NCBI GenBank assembly: GCA_046583355.1
Contig: JAYGCM010000069.1
Coordinates: forward strand, 53,522-117,521
Origin: Deltaproteobacteria bacterium
GTDB lineage: Bacteria; Desulfobacterota; Binatia; UBA12015
DNA length: 64,000 nucleotides
Reading direction: 5' to 3'
The notes under the pieces were generated by a model that saw nothing but the letters and a program-made list of their open reading frames with translations, was not told the origin of the DNA and searched no databases. The position numbers and the translations under genes were made by a program. Of the stretch, positions 18,321-27,850 are shown piece by piece (within the stretch, counting starts at the first letter, position 1; every line of letters begins with the position of its first letter).

Positions 18321-19120
18321 ATGGCCTTCGCGCAAAGAGCCGCCAGGCCGGCTTCACCTTGATTGAGTTGCTGGTGGCGATCGCCTTGGGTGGCGTGGTC
18401 CTCGGTTCGACGGTCGGCGCCATGTCCGCGCAGGGACGTAGCGCGGCTCTGCAACAGGGCTTCGCGGACGCGCAACTGACCAGCCGCGGGATTGCGGAAC
18501 TCTTTCAGCAAGATCTGCGCATGTCGGGCTACGGCATGCTTGGTGTCTCGCCCGACCAGGATGTAGTTCCGCTTGAGTATGCACAGCTGGGCACGAAGAA
18601 GACCGTCACGCTGCGCGGCGCGTATGCGAATATCCAGACGACGCTCAAGCAAGGGGCGATTGCGGGATCGATGAATATCGTCGTCGACACTCCCGCCGCG
18701 GGTTCCTTCGCCACCGGTGAGATGATTCTCATCGACAGTGGCATGAATTCTGAGATTCGGAACATCACGGCCACGACTACCATCAGTGGGGATCTGACGA
18801 TCAGTCTCGACGCGCCGCTTCAATACCAATATCCGGTGGGGCCGAATGTGACCCAGCTCGAAGTCGTGATCTGGGAGTTGGAGGGCAAGATGTTGCGGCG
18901 TAACGGCGCCGTGATCGCCGATAATGTGGGGAGCTTGGACCTGCAATATATCGATCACCTCGGCGATATTGCCGACCAGCCCGGCGACAACCTCCGCTCG
19001 GTGATGATCGACCTGCGCACGGCGCAGCCGACGACCTTGCCCGGCAGTCCCGAGGCCTCCTCGCGGCTCATGACGGAAGTGAATGTGCGGAACCTGGCGT
19101 TTCGCTTCACCTTGGGATGA
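18317..19120 (+). CDS. Minor pilin PilW-like (set 2)
   Basis: G|FTLIELLVAI; QDLRMSGY; IADNV; C-terminal VRN. Confidence 0.8.
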   Translation: MNGLRAKSRQAGFTLIELLVAIALGGVVLGSTVGAMSAQGRSAALQQGFADAQLTSRGIAELFQQDLRMSGYGMLGVSPDQDVVPLEYAQLGTKKTVTLRGAYANIQTTLKQGAIAGSMNIVVDTPAAGSFATGEMILIDSGMNSEIRNITATTTISGDLTISLDAPLQYQYPVGPNVTQLEVVIWELEGKMLRRNGAVIADNVGSLDLQYIDHLGDIADQPGDNLRSVMIDLRTAQPTTLPGSPEASSRLMTEVNVRNLAFRFTLG

Positions 19121-19617
19121 GACGGATGAATTCTCTGCGCAATGAGAAGGGCGTCGTCATGATTGTGGCCCTTGGCCTGGTCGGCGCGCTTGCCGGCCTC
19201 TCGCTGGCGGTGACCAGCTCGGGCCAGATGTCGACGATCACCGGCGCGCTCAGTGCACAGGCCACGCGCGCGTTCTACGTGGCCGATGGCGGGGCCTTCT
19301 ACGCACTTGGCGATATGCAGAATTTTGTCCCGTTCATGGCGCCTCGTTCGGTGGACCTGAAATCGACACCGGCGGATATCGAGAGTATCGCGACCGCAAG
19401 TTATGCCGGCTACCGAGCATTGCCAGGCAACCTGCTGATTCGCACGACCGATGGGCGAGTTCGCCCCGCGCAATTCGGCCAAGGTGAGGGCCTCGGCAAG
19501 ATGTATCTCTTCGGGATTGACTCCTTGAAGGCCCCGAATACCGCGGGTATCGATCCGGCTAGCCGGGTGCAGATGATGGCAGCCAAACCAGGTCCGTGCG
19601 CGGATTGTGGTTCTTGA
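19117..19617 (+). CDS. Minor pilin PilX-like (set 2), short
   Basis: NEKG|VVMIVAL lacking Glu5; RAFYVADGG; ends in CADCGS. Confidence 0.7.
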   Translation: MRRMNSLRNEKGVVMIVALGLVGALAGLSLAVTSSGQMSTITGALSAQATRAFYVADGGAFYALGDMQNFVPFMAPRSVDLKSTPADIESIATASYAGYRALPGNLLIRTTDGRVRPAQFGQGEGLGKMYLFGIDSLKAPNTAGIDPASRVQMMAAKPGPCADCGS

Positions 19618-19655
19618 TCAGGCGCTTCGCCTGGCCAAGGGGAGATGTGGACGGC

Positions 19656-22600
19656 ATGAGAAATCGAGGGCTTTCGGGTGGTGTAGTCGGGCTGTCGTTG
19701 CTCCTGATTTTGGCGGCTTTCGTCCCGCCAGCCAAGGCTCTGGATACGGATATTTTCACCGGGCCCCAGGTGGATCCGAATGTCCTGATCCTTTTCGATA
19801 ATTCGGGCAGTATGGGTTACGTCGCCTATAATGTTTACCCGACGACCATATACACGGGTTCCTACGACCCCGCCACCATCTACACCCGATGCCGTACCAA
19901 AAATGGCGTATCGGGCGGCGCGGTTTGGGCCGATTGCACCTGTCGGCGCACGCAGAGCGATTACATAGTCGATGAGAGTAGCTGCGCGGCCTCCGTTGTG
20001 GATCTTGTCCCTGGTCCGGGAGGCGATGATATCGACGATAGGGAGTCGCGGCGACGCCGTGGCAATCGGCGCAATTTCGAGACAAACCCGCCGAAGCTTT
20101 GTGTTCTTCCGCCGATTGATGCCTGTAACTCGGATGCGGATTGTCCCGGGCTCGGCAATTCCTGCGCTGTGCAGAACAAGATGTCGATCGCCAAAGCCGT
20201 GATGACCTCGTTGGTCAATGACCCGAATAACCAAGGCGTTCGTTTCGGGCTGACCCTCTTCAACCCGCCCGATATCAACTATTCGACGCTGGATTATTTC
20301 AGCACCTCGGATGTTGGCGCGTGGCAGATCAACGATCAGGCCTACGCCTTTCCCGTGCAGGATATGGATGCTGCCGCGCGCGCCAGTCTGACCTCGACGA
20401 TCCAGGGGTTGAATTCCGCTGGCGGTACGCCGACTACCCATCGTCTCATTGACGCGTGGAAATATTTCAACGGCGAAGCGCAAGCGCCGGGCTTCGGCAC
20501 GTCTCCGGTCGAGGCGACCTGCCAGCGCAATTACCTCATCATGATTACCGACGGCATTCCCGAGGTGGAAGCCGACCGCTACCAATCGACGCCCGCCAAT
20601 TGCGAGTTCACGCGCTTGCAGTCCTTCATGGGCGTGCCGGGAGATCTCAACGGCGACGGCAAGGAAGATCCGGCGAGTCCGAATTATCTGGCGACGACCG
20701 GAGAGATGTTCAATTGCGGTTCGGATTACCTCGATGACGCGATGTTCAAGATTCGCGGCGAGTACCCGCTGGGCAATACCGAAAACCAGCCGCTTTCCCT
20801 CTTCGCGATCTCCTTTGGCTTCGATTATTGCCAGAAGCCAGGCGAATTGGAGACCGGGCCCGGCGCGGGTTCATTGCTTTGGCGCGCCGCTGATAAATAC
20901 GGCGGCGGCGAATGTCTTTCGGCCAGCGACCCGCAAGATCTGGACGACGCCTTGCGTGAGGTGATCAACCTCATCAAGAACGACGCTCAGAGTTTCGTTG
21001 CCCCCGTGGTGCCGGTCAGCCAGACGAACCGTACGGAGTCGGGCGACCGCCTCTACGTAGCGCTCTTCAGCCCGCGCGAAGGCCAGATAGGCTGGCCCGG
21101 CAATATCAAAAAATACGCGCTTGATAAGAATGCCGGTGCGATCTGCAATGCGTCCACGCCCAATTGCAGCATCGGCGGCGGCGGTTCCGCGACTCTGCCC
21201 GACGGCACGATCCTCGCAACCGCCGAATCGTTCTGGGATGCGGGCTCCGGGGGGCCTTCGGGCAATGCCGTTACCTCCGGCGGAATCGGCGGACTTCTCC
21301 AGGAGAGCGATTTCAACACGCGCAAGCTCTACACCTATACCGGCACCGCAACTGGTGCCCTGGGTGGTCTGGACCTGACGCTCGCGCCGCAGGCCTTCGC
21401 CAAGGGCAATGCCGCAATCACCCCGGCGATGCTCGGTTTGAGCGGCGTCGCCGAGACCGCGGCCGAGCGCGACCTGTTGATTGATTATCTTTACGGATTC
21501 GATTCCTATGATCTCGATAACGACGGCGACCTGGAAGAGAAGCGCCCCTGGATTCTTGGCGATATCATCCACTCGGTACCGCTGGTCGTTCGCTACGATA
21601 GCGGCGGTGCGGATGCGCTCATTCTGGTCGGCGCCAACGATGGCATGCTGCATGCCTTCGATGATGCGACGGGCCAGGAGCTATGGGCGTTCATCCCGCC
21701 TGATGTCCTGAGCAATCTGAACAATCTGCGCCCGGGCGAGACCGCCACGCATGCCTTCTTTGTCGACGGTTCGGCGCGCGTTACCGAATACGAGGGGCAG
21801 AAAATTGTGGTCTTCGGACTTGGCCGCGGTGGGCGCGCTTATTATGCGCTTGATATAACCAGCAAGGCGGCGCCTCGTCTGCTCTGGCGGGTGAATGATT
21901 CGACCGCCGGCTACGCCGAATTGGGCTATGCCCAATCGACCCCCGCGCTGACGAAATTCTCGCCGGCCGGAGGCGTGCCGGTGGCTGTGGTCGGTGGCGG
22001 CTACGACGTCTATTTCGACGACCCCGCTGCGAGCACACCGAATCCGAGCGGCTATGGCCGGGCTCTTTTCGTAATCGATCTTCTGACTGGCGCGCGCCGC
22101 GCCATCGCTTCGCCCACGGGAATGGATTACGCCATCGCGAGTGATCCCCTGGTCTTCGACGTGAACGGGGACGGGATGTTCGATCGCGGTTATATCGGCG
22201 ATCTCGGCGGCAATATCTGGCGGATCCAAGATGATTTCTCGGTAACCAAGCTCTTCCAGGCGCCCGCAGGCAGGCGGATCTTCTACCCGCCCGATGCCGT
22301 GCTGAACTCCGGCTCCGTGATGATCTATTTCGGCACCGGCGACCGCTCGAACCCACTCGAAACCAGTGTCACGGATCGATTCTATGCAGTGCGCGACGAC
22401 GGGGCGAGCAATCTCGGCGAGGCCGCTTTGGTCGATGTCACGAATAATATCGAGCAGCCCGGAACAGCCGCTGAGGCTGCGCTGCTGCAGCAGATCGCGG
22501 CCCAGCACGGCTGGTATCTGCGCTTGCAGGCGCCGGGAGAGAAGGTATTGGCTCCGCCAACCGTTTTCTTCAACGCGGCATTTGCAACCTTTACGCCTTC

Positions 22601-22931
22601 CGTATTGGCGTGCTCGGCCGGTGGCGATGCCAAGATTTATGTTCTGAACCCGCTCAACGGTGCACCGACTCTCGACCTTGCCGGAACCAGTGGCGGCAAC
22701 TTGGGCGATGGCAGCGGCGTCGGCTCGGGCTCAGGAGGCGTGCTGGTGCCCGAGGATCGTTGGGTTCTGGTGGGGCAGAGCATTCCGACCTCGCTGAAGG
22801 TAACCTTCGGTGATGACGAGACCAAGGCCTTCTTCGGTGTCACCAAAGGTGGCGGGATCGGGTTGCAGCCGCTCAGCTTACCGCAGATCGCGGCCAATGT
22901 GATTCCGGTATCCTGGCGGCAGGTCTGGTGA
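19656..22931 (+). CDS. pilY1: Type IV pilus tip adhesin PilY1 (vWA + beta-propeller)
   Basis: Signal peptide; vWA DNSGSM/GGTP/ITDG; LGDIIHS, VGANDGMLHAF, ELWAFIP, VDGS, GGGYD, DVNGDG, YIGDLGGNIWR, YFGTGD, GEKV. Confidence 0.92.
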   Translation: MRNRGLSGGVVGLSLLLILAAFVPPAKALDTDIFTGPQVDPNVLILFDNSGSMGYVAYNVYPTTIYTGSYDPATIYTRCRTKNGVSGGAVWADCTCRRTQSDYIVDESSCAASVVDLVPGPGGDDIDDRESRRRRGNRRNFETNPPKLCVLPPIDACNSDADCPGLGNSCAVQNKMSIAKAVMTSLVNDPNNQGVRFGLTLFNPPDINYSTLDYFSTSDVGAWQINDQAYAFPVQDMDAAARASLTSTIQGLNSAGGTPTTHRLIDAWKYFNGEAQAPGFGTSPVEATCQRNYLIMITDGIPEVEADRYQSTPANCEFTRLQSFMGVPGDLNGDGKEDPASPNYLATTGEMFNCGSDYLDDAMFKIRGEYPLGNTENQPLSLFAISFGFDYCQKPGELETGPGAGSLLWRAADKYGGGECLSASDPQDLDDALREVINLIKNDAQSFVAPVVPVSQTNRTESGDRLYVALFSPREGQIGWPGNIKKYALDKNAGAICNASTPNCSIGGGGSATLPDGTILATAESFWDAGSGGPSGNAVTSGGIGGLLQESDFNTRKLYTYTGTATGALGGLDLTLAPQAFAKGNAAITPAMLGLSGVAETAAERDLLIDYLYGFDSYDLDNDGDLEEKRPWILGDIIHSVPLVVRYDSGGADALILVGANDGMLHAFDDATGQELWAFIPPDVLSNLNNLRPGETATHAFFVDGSARVTEYEGQKIVVFGLGRGGRAYYALDITSKAAPRLLWRVNDSTAGYAELGYAQSTPALTKFSPAGGVPVAVVGGGYDVYFDDPAASTPNPSGYGRALFVIDLLTGARRAIASPTGMDYAIASDPLVFDVNGDGMFDRGYIGDLGGNIWRIQDDFSVTKLFQAPAGRRIFYPPDAVLNSGSVMIYFGTGDRSNPLETSVTDRFYAVRDDGASNLGEAALVDVTNNIEQPGTAAEAALLQQIAAQHGWYLRLQAPGEKVLAPPTVFFNAAFATFTPSVLACSAGGDAKIYVLNPLNGAPTLDLAGTSGGNLGDGSGVGSGSGGVLVPEDRWVLVGQSIPTSLKVTFGDDETKAFFGVTKGGGIGLQPLSLPQIAANVIPVSWRQVW

Positions 22932-22942
22932 GGAGACGGGCG

Positions 22943-23236
22943 ATGCGAAGTTTTCGCGGGATTGTGTTCGCGCTGGCGTTCGCGCTAGCGGCGGTAATGG
23001 CACCGGCGTTTGCCGATGGCGGCGAGGTCCGATGGGTAGCGGGCGTCGTGACCTATATTTCCCCAGCTGCGGTGGAGGTGAATGGGACGCGTGGCCTGCT
23101 TTTGCCGGATTCCTCCATCATGTCGGAGCGGCGGGAAATCTCGCTTGCCAGTGTGCGCCGCGGCATGCCCGCGACGATGGAGCTCGACGAGGCCGGGCGG
23201 GTTCTCGAACTTCAGGTGCGGGGGGTCATTGAATGA
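22943..23236 (+). CDS. Small exported hypothetical protein, coupled to pilY1
   Basis: Signal peptide ending AFA; beta-rich mature part; SD GAGGAG. Confidence 0.6.
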   Translation: MRSFRGIVFALAFALAAVMAPAFADGGEVRWVAGVVTYISPAAVEVNGTRGLLLPDSSIMSERREISLASVRRGMPATMELDEAGRVLELQVRGVIE

Positions 23237-23410
23237 ACTCCGCCACAAGCGAATATTAGGACAGGTGATTCGCCTACGCGGGTAGGGTGCCTATTCGGCC
23301 GATTTCCGGACCGTCTTCGGACCTGCCGCGCTGCGGCGGGGTCGCCCGAGACTGGCGGGCGTGGCTGGTGGGGGGTTCCTCCTCTCCCTTCCACCGGCTT
23401 CCCCGCTGGT

Positions 23411-24433
23411 CTATGCCGCTTGAAAATAAACGACGCCGTCGCGTTCCTCGGTGGTGGCCGTGCCGCGGGCTTCGAGCAGGTTCAGGTGCGCGATGGTTTC
23501 CATCACGGCGGCGCCGCGGTTGAAGCGCTGCACCTCGGGGTCGCCCTCGAAGACCCATTTGAATGCGTGCTGGGCGACATCGTAGGCGCTCGCCGAGCGC
23601 CGGCGCAGATAGTCGTGCATCTCCAGCATGCGGTGCTCGTGATGGGCGATGAGTTGCGTCGCGCGGTGCTTATGGTCGGGGAAGACACCGCCGTGGGCAG
23701 GCCCGACCAGGACGACACCTTCGAGCGCATGGATTTTCTCTTGTGAAGCGATGAAATCGCCGAGCGGGTTCTGCGGGCCAGCGGAGAAGACCCCGATATG
23801 CGGGGTGATCTTCGGCAGCAGGTGGTCCCCGACGAAGAGTACACCGGATTCGAGTTCGTGGAAGCAACAATGGCCGGCCGTATGGCCCGGTGTATGAACG
23901 ACGCGGAAACGCCTCTTGCCCAACTCGAGAACCTCGCCATCGACCAACTCGTGGTCCGTATGCGGTGCCGGCTTGTAGGTATCGGCCCAGACATTGGCGG
24001 GCTTTGGTGCTTCGCCGGCATCCTTGGGCACCGGGATGCCGTGGCGGCGGACATGGTCGAGCATGGTCGAGGCCGACAGGGCGCTCATCCAATTGATGGT
24101 CTCACGCTCGAGCGGATGCAGGTAGATCCGCGTGCCGAGGTCTTTCGCCAAGGCTTCCGAGGCGCCGAAATGGTCGGGGTGGTGGTGCGTGGCGAGGAGG
24201 TGGCGCACGGTATCCTCGGCGATGCCGAGGTCGGCCAGCGCGCTGCTGAACGCCTTGCGACTCAGTTCGCGTCCGGTGCCGGTGTCGATGAGCGCCCATT
24301 CTCCGTTGCCGAGGTCGACCAGATAGATGTTGACGATCGTTGGTTTTCCCGGCAGCGGCAGGAAGAGTTCGATGACGCCATTACCGAGGTCTCGGGTTTT
24401 GGTATCGGCGGCGGGTGGAGGGGGACCGCTCAT
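23411..24433 (-). CDS. Metallo-beta-lactamase-fold hydrolase
   Basis: LIDTG, THHHPDH, HTPGHTAGH, GDH, PAHG. Confidence 0.9.
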   Translation of the reverse strand: MSGPPPPAADTKTRDLGNGVIELFLPLPGKPTIVNIYLVDLGNGEWALIDTGTGRELSRKAFSSALADLGIAEDTVRHLLATHHHPDHFGASEALAKDLGTRIYLHPLERETINWMSALSASTMLDHVRRHGIPVPKDAGEAPKPANVWADTYKPAPHTDHELVDGEVLELGKRRFRVVHTPGHTAGHCCFHELESGVLFVGDHLLPKITPHIGVFSAGPQNPLGDFIASQEKIHALEGVVLVGPAHGGVFPDHKHRATQLIAHHEHRMLEMHDYLRRRSASAYDVAQHAFKWVFEGDPEVQRFNRGAAVMETIAHLNLLEARGTATTEERDGVVYFQAA

Positions 24434-24642
24434 TCGTGGACTCGGTTTTCGATCTCGAAGGTGACCTTGCAGCGCACGCGCCAGCCGGCAACCCGACCCT
24501 TCTCGACCAGCGCGGTGGTCCGCGTGATCTCGACTTCGCTGATGCTTGAGAGTGTCACCGAGGCACGCGAGATCGCGAGTTCAACGGCATCTTCAATCGA
24601 GTTCGCTGAGGTGCCGATCAATTCTACGACTTTTTCGACCAT
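24430..24642 (-). CDS. Dodecin family protein
   Basis: KVVELIGTSANSIEDAV...RASVTL...KVTF; 70 aa; SD AAGGAG. Confidence 0.85.
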   Translation of the reverse strand: MVEKVVELIGTSANSIEDAVELAISRASVTLSSISEVEITRTTALVEKGRVAGWRVRCKVTFEIENRVHE

Positions 24643-24709
24643 GAACAGATTCTCCTTGGTTCAGTTTGGTTCTTTATATTGGATGGAGTTTGTCCGCACG
24701 TGCGCGCCA

Positions 24710-25498
24710 TCAACGACCGATGACGTCGACCGAGCAACCGGCGCAGGCCGACTCCAGAGCCTTGCGGAATGTTTCTACGGATTTGTGTCGCGCGGGATCT
24801 TGCAACGTCCGCGCGAGAGCTTCGGCGTTCGCGACCATGTCCAGGGCATCCTGGCCGCGCCCGACAATATGGTAGGCCTCGGCCAGCTCAAGCCGCGCGC
24901 CGACGCCTTGGTCGGCGAGCTCCACCGCGCGTTCGAGGAATTCGATTCCCTTTTCTTGATCGCCACCGAGGAAAAAAGGAAGCTTGACGAGCATGCCGCC
25001 GCGCGAGGCCAGGGCGTCGGTGTGGTCGGGGTCGAGTTGCAGGACGTAGTCGAGCTCGCGGTTCAGAGCGGTGAGTTGGAAGGCGGCGCTGGCGAGCCCG
25101 TCGAGTTGGGCAACCCGGCCCTTGGCGGCAAAGAGCAGAAAGCGCGCCTCGGCATTTTCCGGCAATAACTCGATGGCCCGCTCGGCATGCTTGCGTGCCT
25201 CTTCGTAGGCGGCGCGCTGTGCGGTTTCGTTGTCTGTGTCCTCGCCTTGGTCGACGAATTGCGAGGCCAGTGCGATTTCCGCATGACCCTGACGTTCGCT
25301 CTGGGAGGCTTGAATCGAAGTTTCGGAATTTTGCAGGGATGTGTCATTCGGCGTCGGTGACGCAAGCGGCACCGACGCCCCAACCCGATGCGGAGCCGCC
25401 ATGGTGCCGAGCAGGGCATATAGGACCCCGAAAAAGAGGGTAGCTTTGCCCGTTGACCACCCCCACGCAGGGCGCGTACAATCACGCACGTTCTTCAC
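24710..25498 (-). CDS. Exported TPR-like protein
   Basis: N-terminal hydrophobic stretch; AERAIELLPENAEA, LQLDPDH, LPFFLGGD; start uncertain. Confidence 0.6.
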   Translation of the reverse strand: MKNVRDCTRPAWGWSTGKATLFFGVLYALLGTMAAPHRVGASVPLASPTPNDTSLQNSETSIQASQSERQGHAEIALASQFVDQGEDTDNETAQRAAYEEARKHAERAIELLPENAEARFLLFAAKGRVAQLDGLASAAFQLTALNRELDYVLQLDPDHTDALASRGGMLVKLPFFLGGDQEKGIEFLERAVELADQGVGARLELAEAYHIVGRGQDALDMVANAEALARTLQDPARHKSVETFRKALESACAGCSVDVIGR

Positions 25499-25525
25499 TT
25501 TTTAGCCCCATACATTCGAGCACAT

Positions 25526-26329
25526 ATGAAACTTCAGACTCCCCCAAACCGCAATGCCTCTCTCGAAAAGGCGACTCGTATCCTCTTCGCGTTCGACGAG
25601 GGAACTCCCGAGCTCGGCGTAATGGAACTTTCGCGCCGCGTCGGACTCAACAAAAGCACCGTCAGTCGCTTCGTCGCGAGCCTGACCGGACTCGGTCTTC
25701 TGGAGCGCGCCGAGAGTGGCCGCAAGGTCCGGCTCTCGTTGCGGCTCTACGAGATTGGCATGGTCGCCCTGCGGCATCGGCCTATCCTCGGATTGGTAGG
25801 TGCGACGCTGACGCGGACGGCCGCACGGCTTGGCGAGACGACAGCCGTCGGTGTTCTGATCGGCGGCGAGATCGTCTTTTTGGAGCGGGCCGGTGGCGGC
25901 CGTGAATCCGTACGCCTTGAACTGGGGCGTCGTTTCCCGGCAAGCCGTTCTGCTGCCGGGCGGGTACTTCTTGCCGGCGGGCCGCAAGAGCCCGGTGCGG
26001 GAGCTGCGCAAAATTTGCGCCCCGCCGGGGAACCGCGGCGCTTTGCGGACGAACTCTCAGCCGTACGCGAACTCGGTTACGCAACCGAACTCGGCGAAAT
26101 GATAGATGGCGTGAACGCCGTTGCGGCGCCGATCATCGATTGCTCGGGCAAGCCGATTGCGGCGTTCTCGGTGCTGACCAATGGCGCTCGTGGCGGCAAC
26201 GCATTGGGTTCCGAGCTGATCCAGGCCGTAACGCGGGCGGCCGCCGAGGTATCGCGCAAGCTCGGCTACCACCGCGCGGCAGGTAAACGGCGCCCCTGCG
26301 AACCGGCACTGCAGGCGGAAGTCGGCTGA
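25526..26329 (+). CDS. IclR family transcriptional regulator
   Basis: HTH ELSRRVGLNKSTVSR; SAAGRVLLA; VRELGYA...GVNAVAAPI. Confidence 0.9.
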   Translation: MKLQTPPNRNASLEKATRILFAFDEGTPELGVMELSRRVGLNKSTVSRFVASLTGLGLLERAESGRKVRLSLRLYEIGMVALRHRPILGLVGATLTRTAARLGETTAVGVLIGGEIVFLERAGGGRESVRLELGRRFPASRSAAGRVLLAGGPQEPGAGAAQNLRPAGEPRRFADELSAVRELGYATELGEMIDGVNAVAAPIIDCSGKPIAAFSVLTNGARGGNALGSELIQAVTRAAAEVSRKLGYHRAAGKRRPCEPALQAEVG

Positions 26330-26385
26330 TCACGGTCCTCGCCGCTGCGTTGGGGCCGGTCTCGGCGTTGGCATAGAGAATCTTC

Positions 26386-26775
26386 GTGTCATCCTCGCAA
26401 GAAGAGCGTATCCGCAGCTTCTATGTGGATTGGTGCCAGGCCTCGCCGCAGGCTCTGGCGCGTTATTTCACCGACCGCGCCCGCTTCGAGCCGGTCTCGC
26501 GTGCGCAGCCCATTTTGGGCGCCACCGCGATCGCGGGCACCATCGAGATTTTCCGTGGCCGTTTCGACGAAGTGGAGATCCATGTTCTGCATATGGCCTC
26601 GGCCGATAATGTGGTTCATTGCGAGCATCGCTGGGATTATGCCGTTGGCGGCGGGCGTCGTTTCTCGGTCTCCGCGCATGATGCCTTCACCTTCGAGGGC
26701 GATCGCATCTCTATCTGGCGCAGCTATTTTGACCCCACGACGCTGACCAGCCAGATCGACCTCGGCGAGGGTTGA
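26386..26775 (+). CDS. NTF2/SnoaL-like protein (limonene epoxide hydrolase-like)
   Basis: YFTDRA; DNVVHCE; RISIWRSYFD. Confidence 0.7.
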   Translation: MSSSQEERIRSFYVDWCQASPQALARYFTDRARFEPVSRAQPILGATAIAGTIEIFRGRFDEVEIHVLHMASADNVVHCEHRWDYAVGGGRRFSVSAHDAFTFEGDRISIWRSYFDPTTLTSQIDLGEG

Positions 26776-26906
26776 GCCCAGCGGCCCCGGCTGCGGCGGC
26801 GTGGCCTCGGGTGCCGGGTAGATAGCGCATCCCGACGAGACGTATTATCGACCACTCCAGCGCTTGTCGGGCGGAACTCCCGTCGGCCGCGCAAGGAGGA
26901 AGACGA

Positions 26907-27836
26907 ATGGGATTTCCCGAGTGGTTCCAGGAATTGGCGAAGAAGGTTTCGAATAAGGGTCGGTGGGGTGACGGCGATGAGATCGGGACGCTGAATCTGA
27001 TCACGTCTGCGGCAACGCTACGCGGCGTCGCTACAGTGCGGCGCGGCGAGTCCTTCTCGCTGGCGGTTCCGCTCGAACGCGACGGCCCGCAGACCGGCCG
27101 CATCCCCAATCGCATCAACCCGCTCCATACGATGACCGGCATCAACACGCCGTTTACCGGGGATCCGGACAAGACCTGTCTTTCCGACGATGTGATCGCC
27201 ATGGGCACCCAGGCGGCGACGCATTGGGATGCACTCTCGCATGGCAGCTACGCGGGCAAGATGTACAACGGGCACCCCTCGGCGATGATTCGCGCCGAGA
27301 CGGGTGCGATGGTCTGCGGCATCGAGAAGGTCAAGACGATCGTCACGCGCGGCATCCTGCTCGACCTGGCCCGCCATAAAGGGCTCGAGAAGTTGGAACC
27401 CGGTCTGGTGATCGAGCCAGCCTTGCTCGAGGACTGCCTCAAGGCCACCGGCCTGACGATCGAATCCGGCGATATTCTGCTGGTGCGCACGGGCCATATC
27501 GGCAACCTCGCGATTGGCGACAAGGATGCCTACCGCGTGCCGGCACCGGGTTTCGGTGTGCAATCGACGCTTTGGTTCAAAGAGAAAAATCTTGCCGCGG
27601 TCGCCAACGATACGATCGCCTTCGAGGTCTGGCCCGGCGAAGACCCGGCCACTCTTTTCCCCGTTCATATGTTGAACCTGGTTGAGGCTGGACTCACGCA
27701 GGGGCAAAATTGGCAACTTGACGGACTCGCCGAAGATTGTGCAAGCGACGGCGTCTATGAGTTTCTGCTCAGCGCCACGCCCGAGCCGATCGTCGGCGGC
27801 ACCGGTGCGCCGGTAAATCCTGTCGCAACCAAATAA
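26907..27836 (+). CDS. Cyclase family (kynurenine formamidase-like) metal hydrolase
   Basis: GRWGDGDEIGTLN, QAATHWDALSH, RGILLD, GDILLVRTG, GGTGAPVNP. Confidence 0.85.
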   Translation: MGFPEWFQELAKKVSNKGRWGDGDEIGTLNLITSAATLRGVATVRRGESFSLAVPLERDGPQTGRIPNRINPLHTMTGINTPFTGDPDKTCLSDDVIAMGTQAATHWDALSHGSYAGKMYNGHPSAMIRAETGAMVCGIEKVKTIVTRGILLDLARHKGLEKLEPGLVIEPALLEDCLKATGLTIESGDILLVRTGHIGNLAIGDKDAYRVPAPGFGVQSTLWFKEKNLAAVANDTIAFEVWPGEDPATLFPVHMLNLVEAGLTQGQNWQLDGLAEDCASDGVYEFLLSATPEPIVGGTGAPVNPVATK

Positions 27837-27850
27837 AGGAGAAGCATCGC

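Noticed and set aside
24656..24672. TTGGTTC direct repeat resembling an alphaproteobacterial LexA box
   Set aside because: Period is 10 bp rather than 11, it does not match the lexA promoter motif, and it is better explained as an A-rich leader before the dodecin SD.
23798..25168. 456-aa plus-strand ORF and similar long antisense ORFs (e.g. 13624-14979, 19410-20585)
   Set aside because: They overlap well-supported genes on the opposite strand and have no motifs; expected in high-GC DNA.
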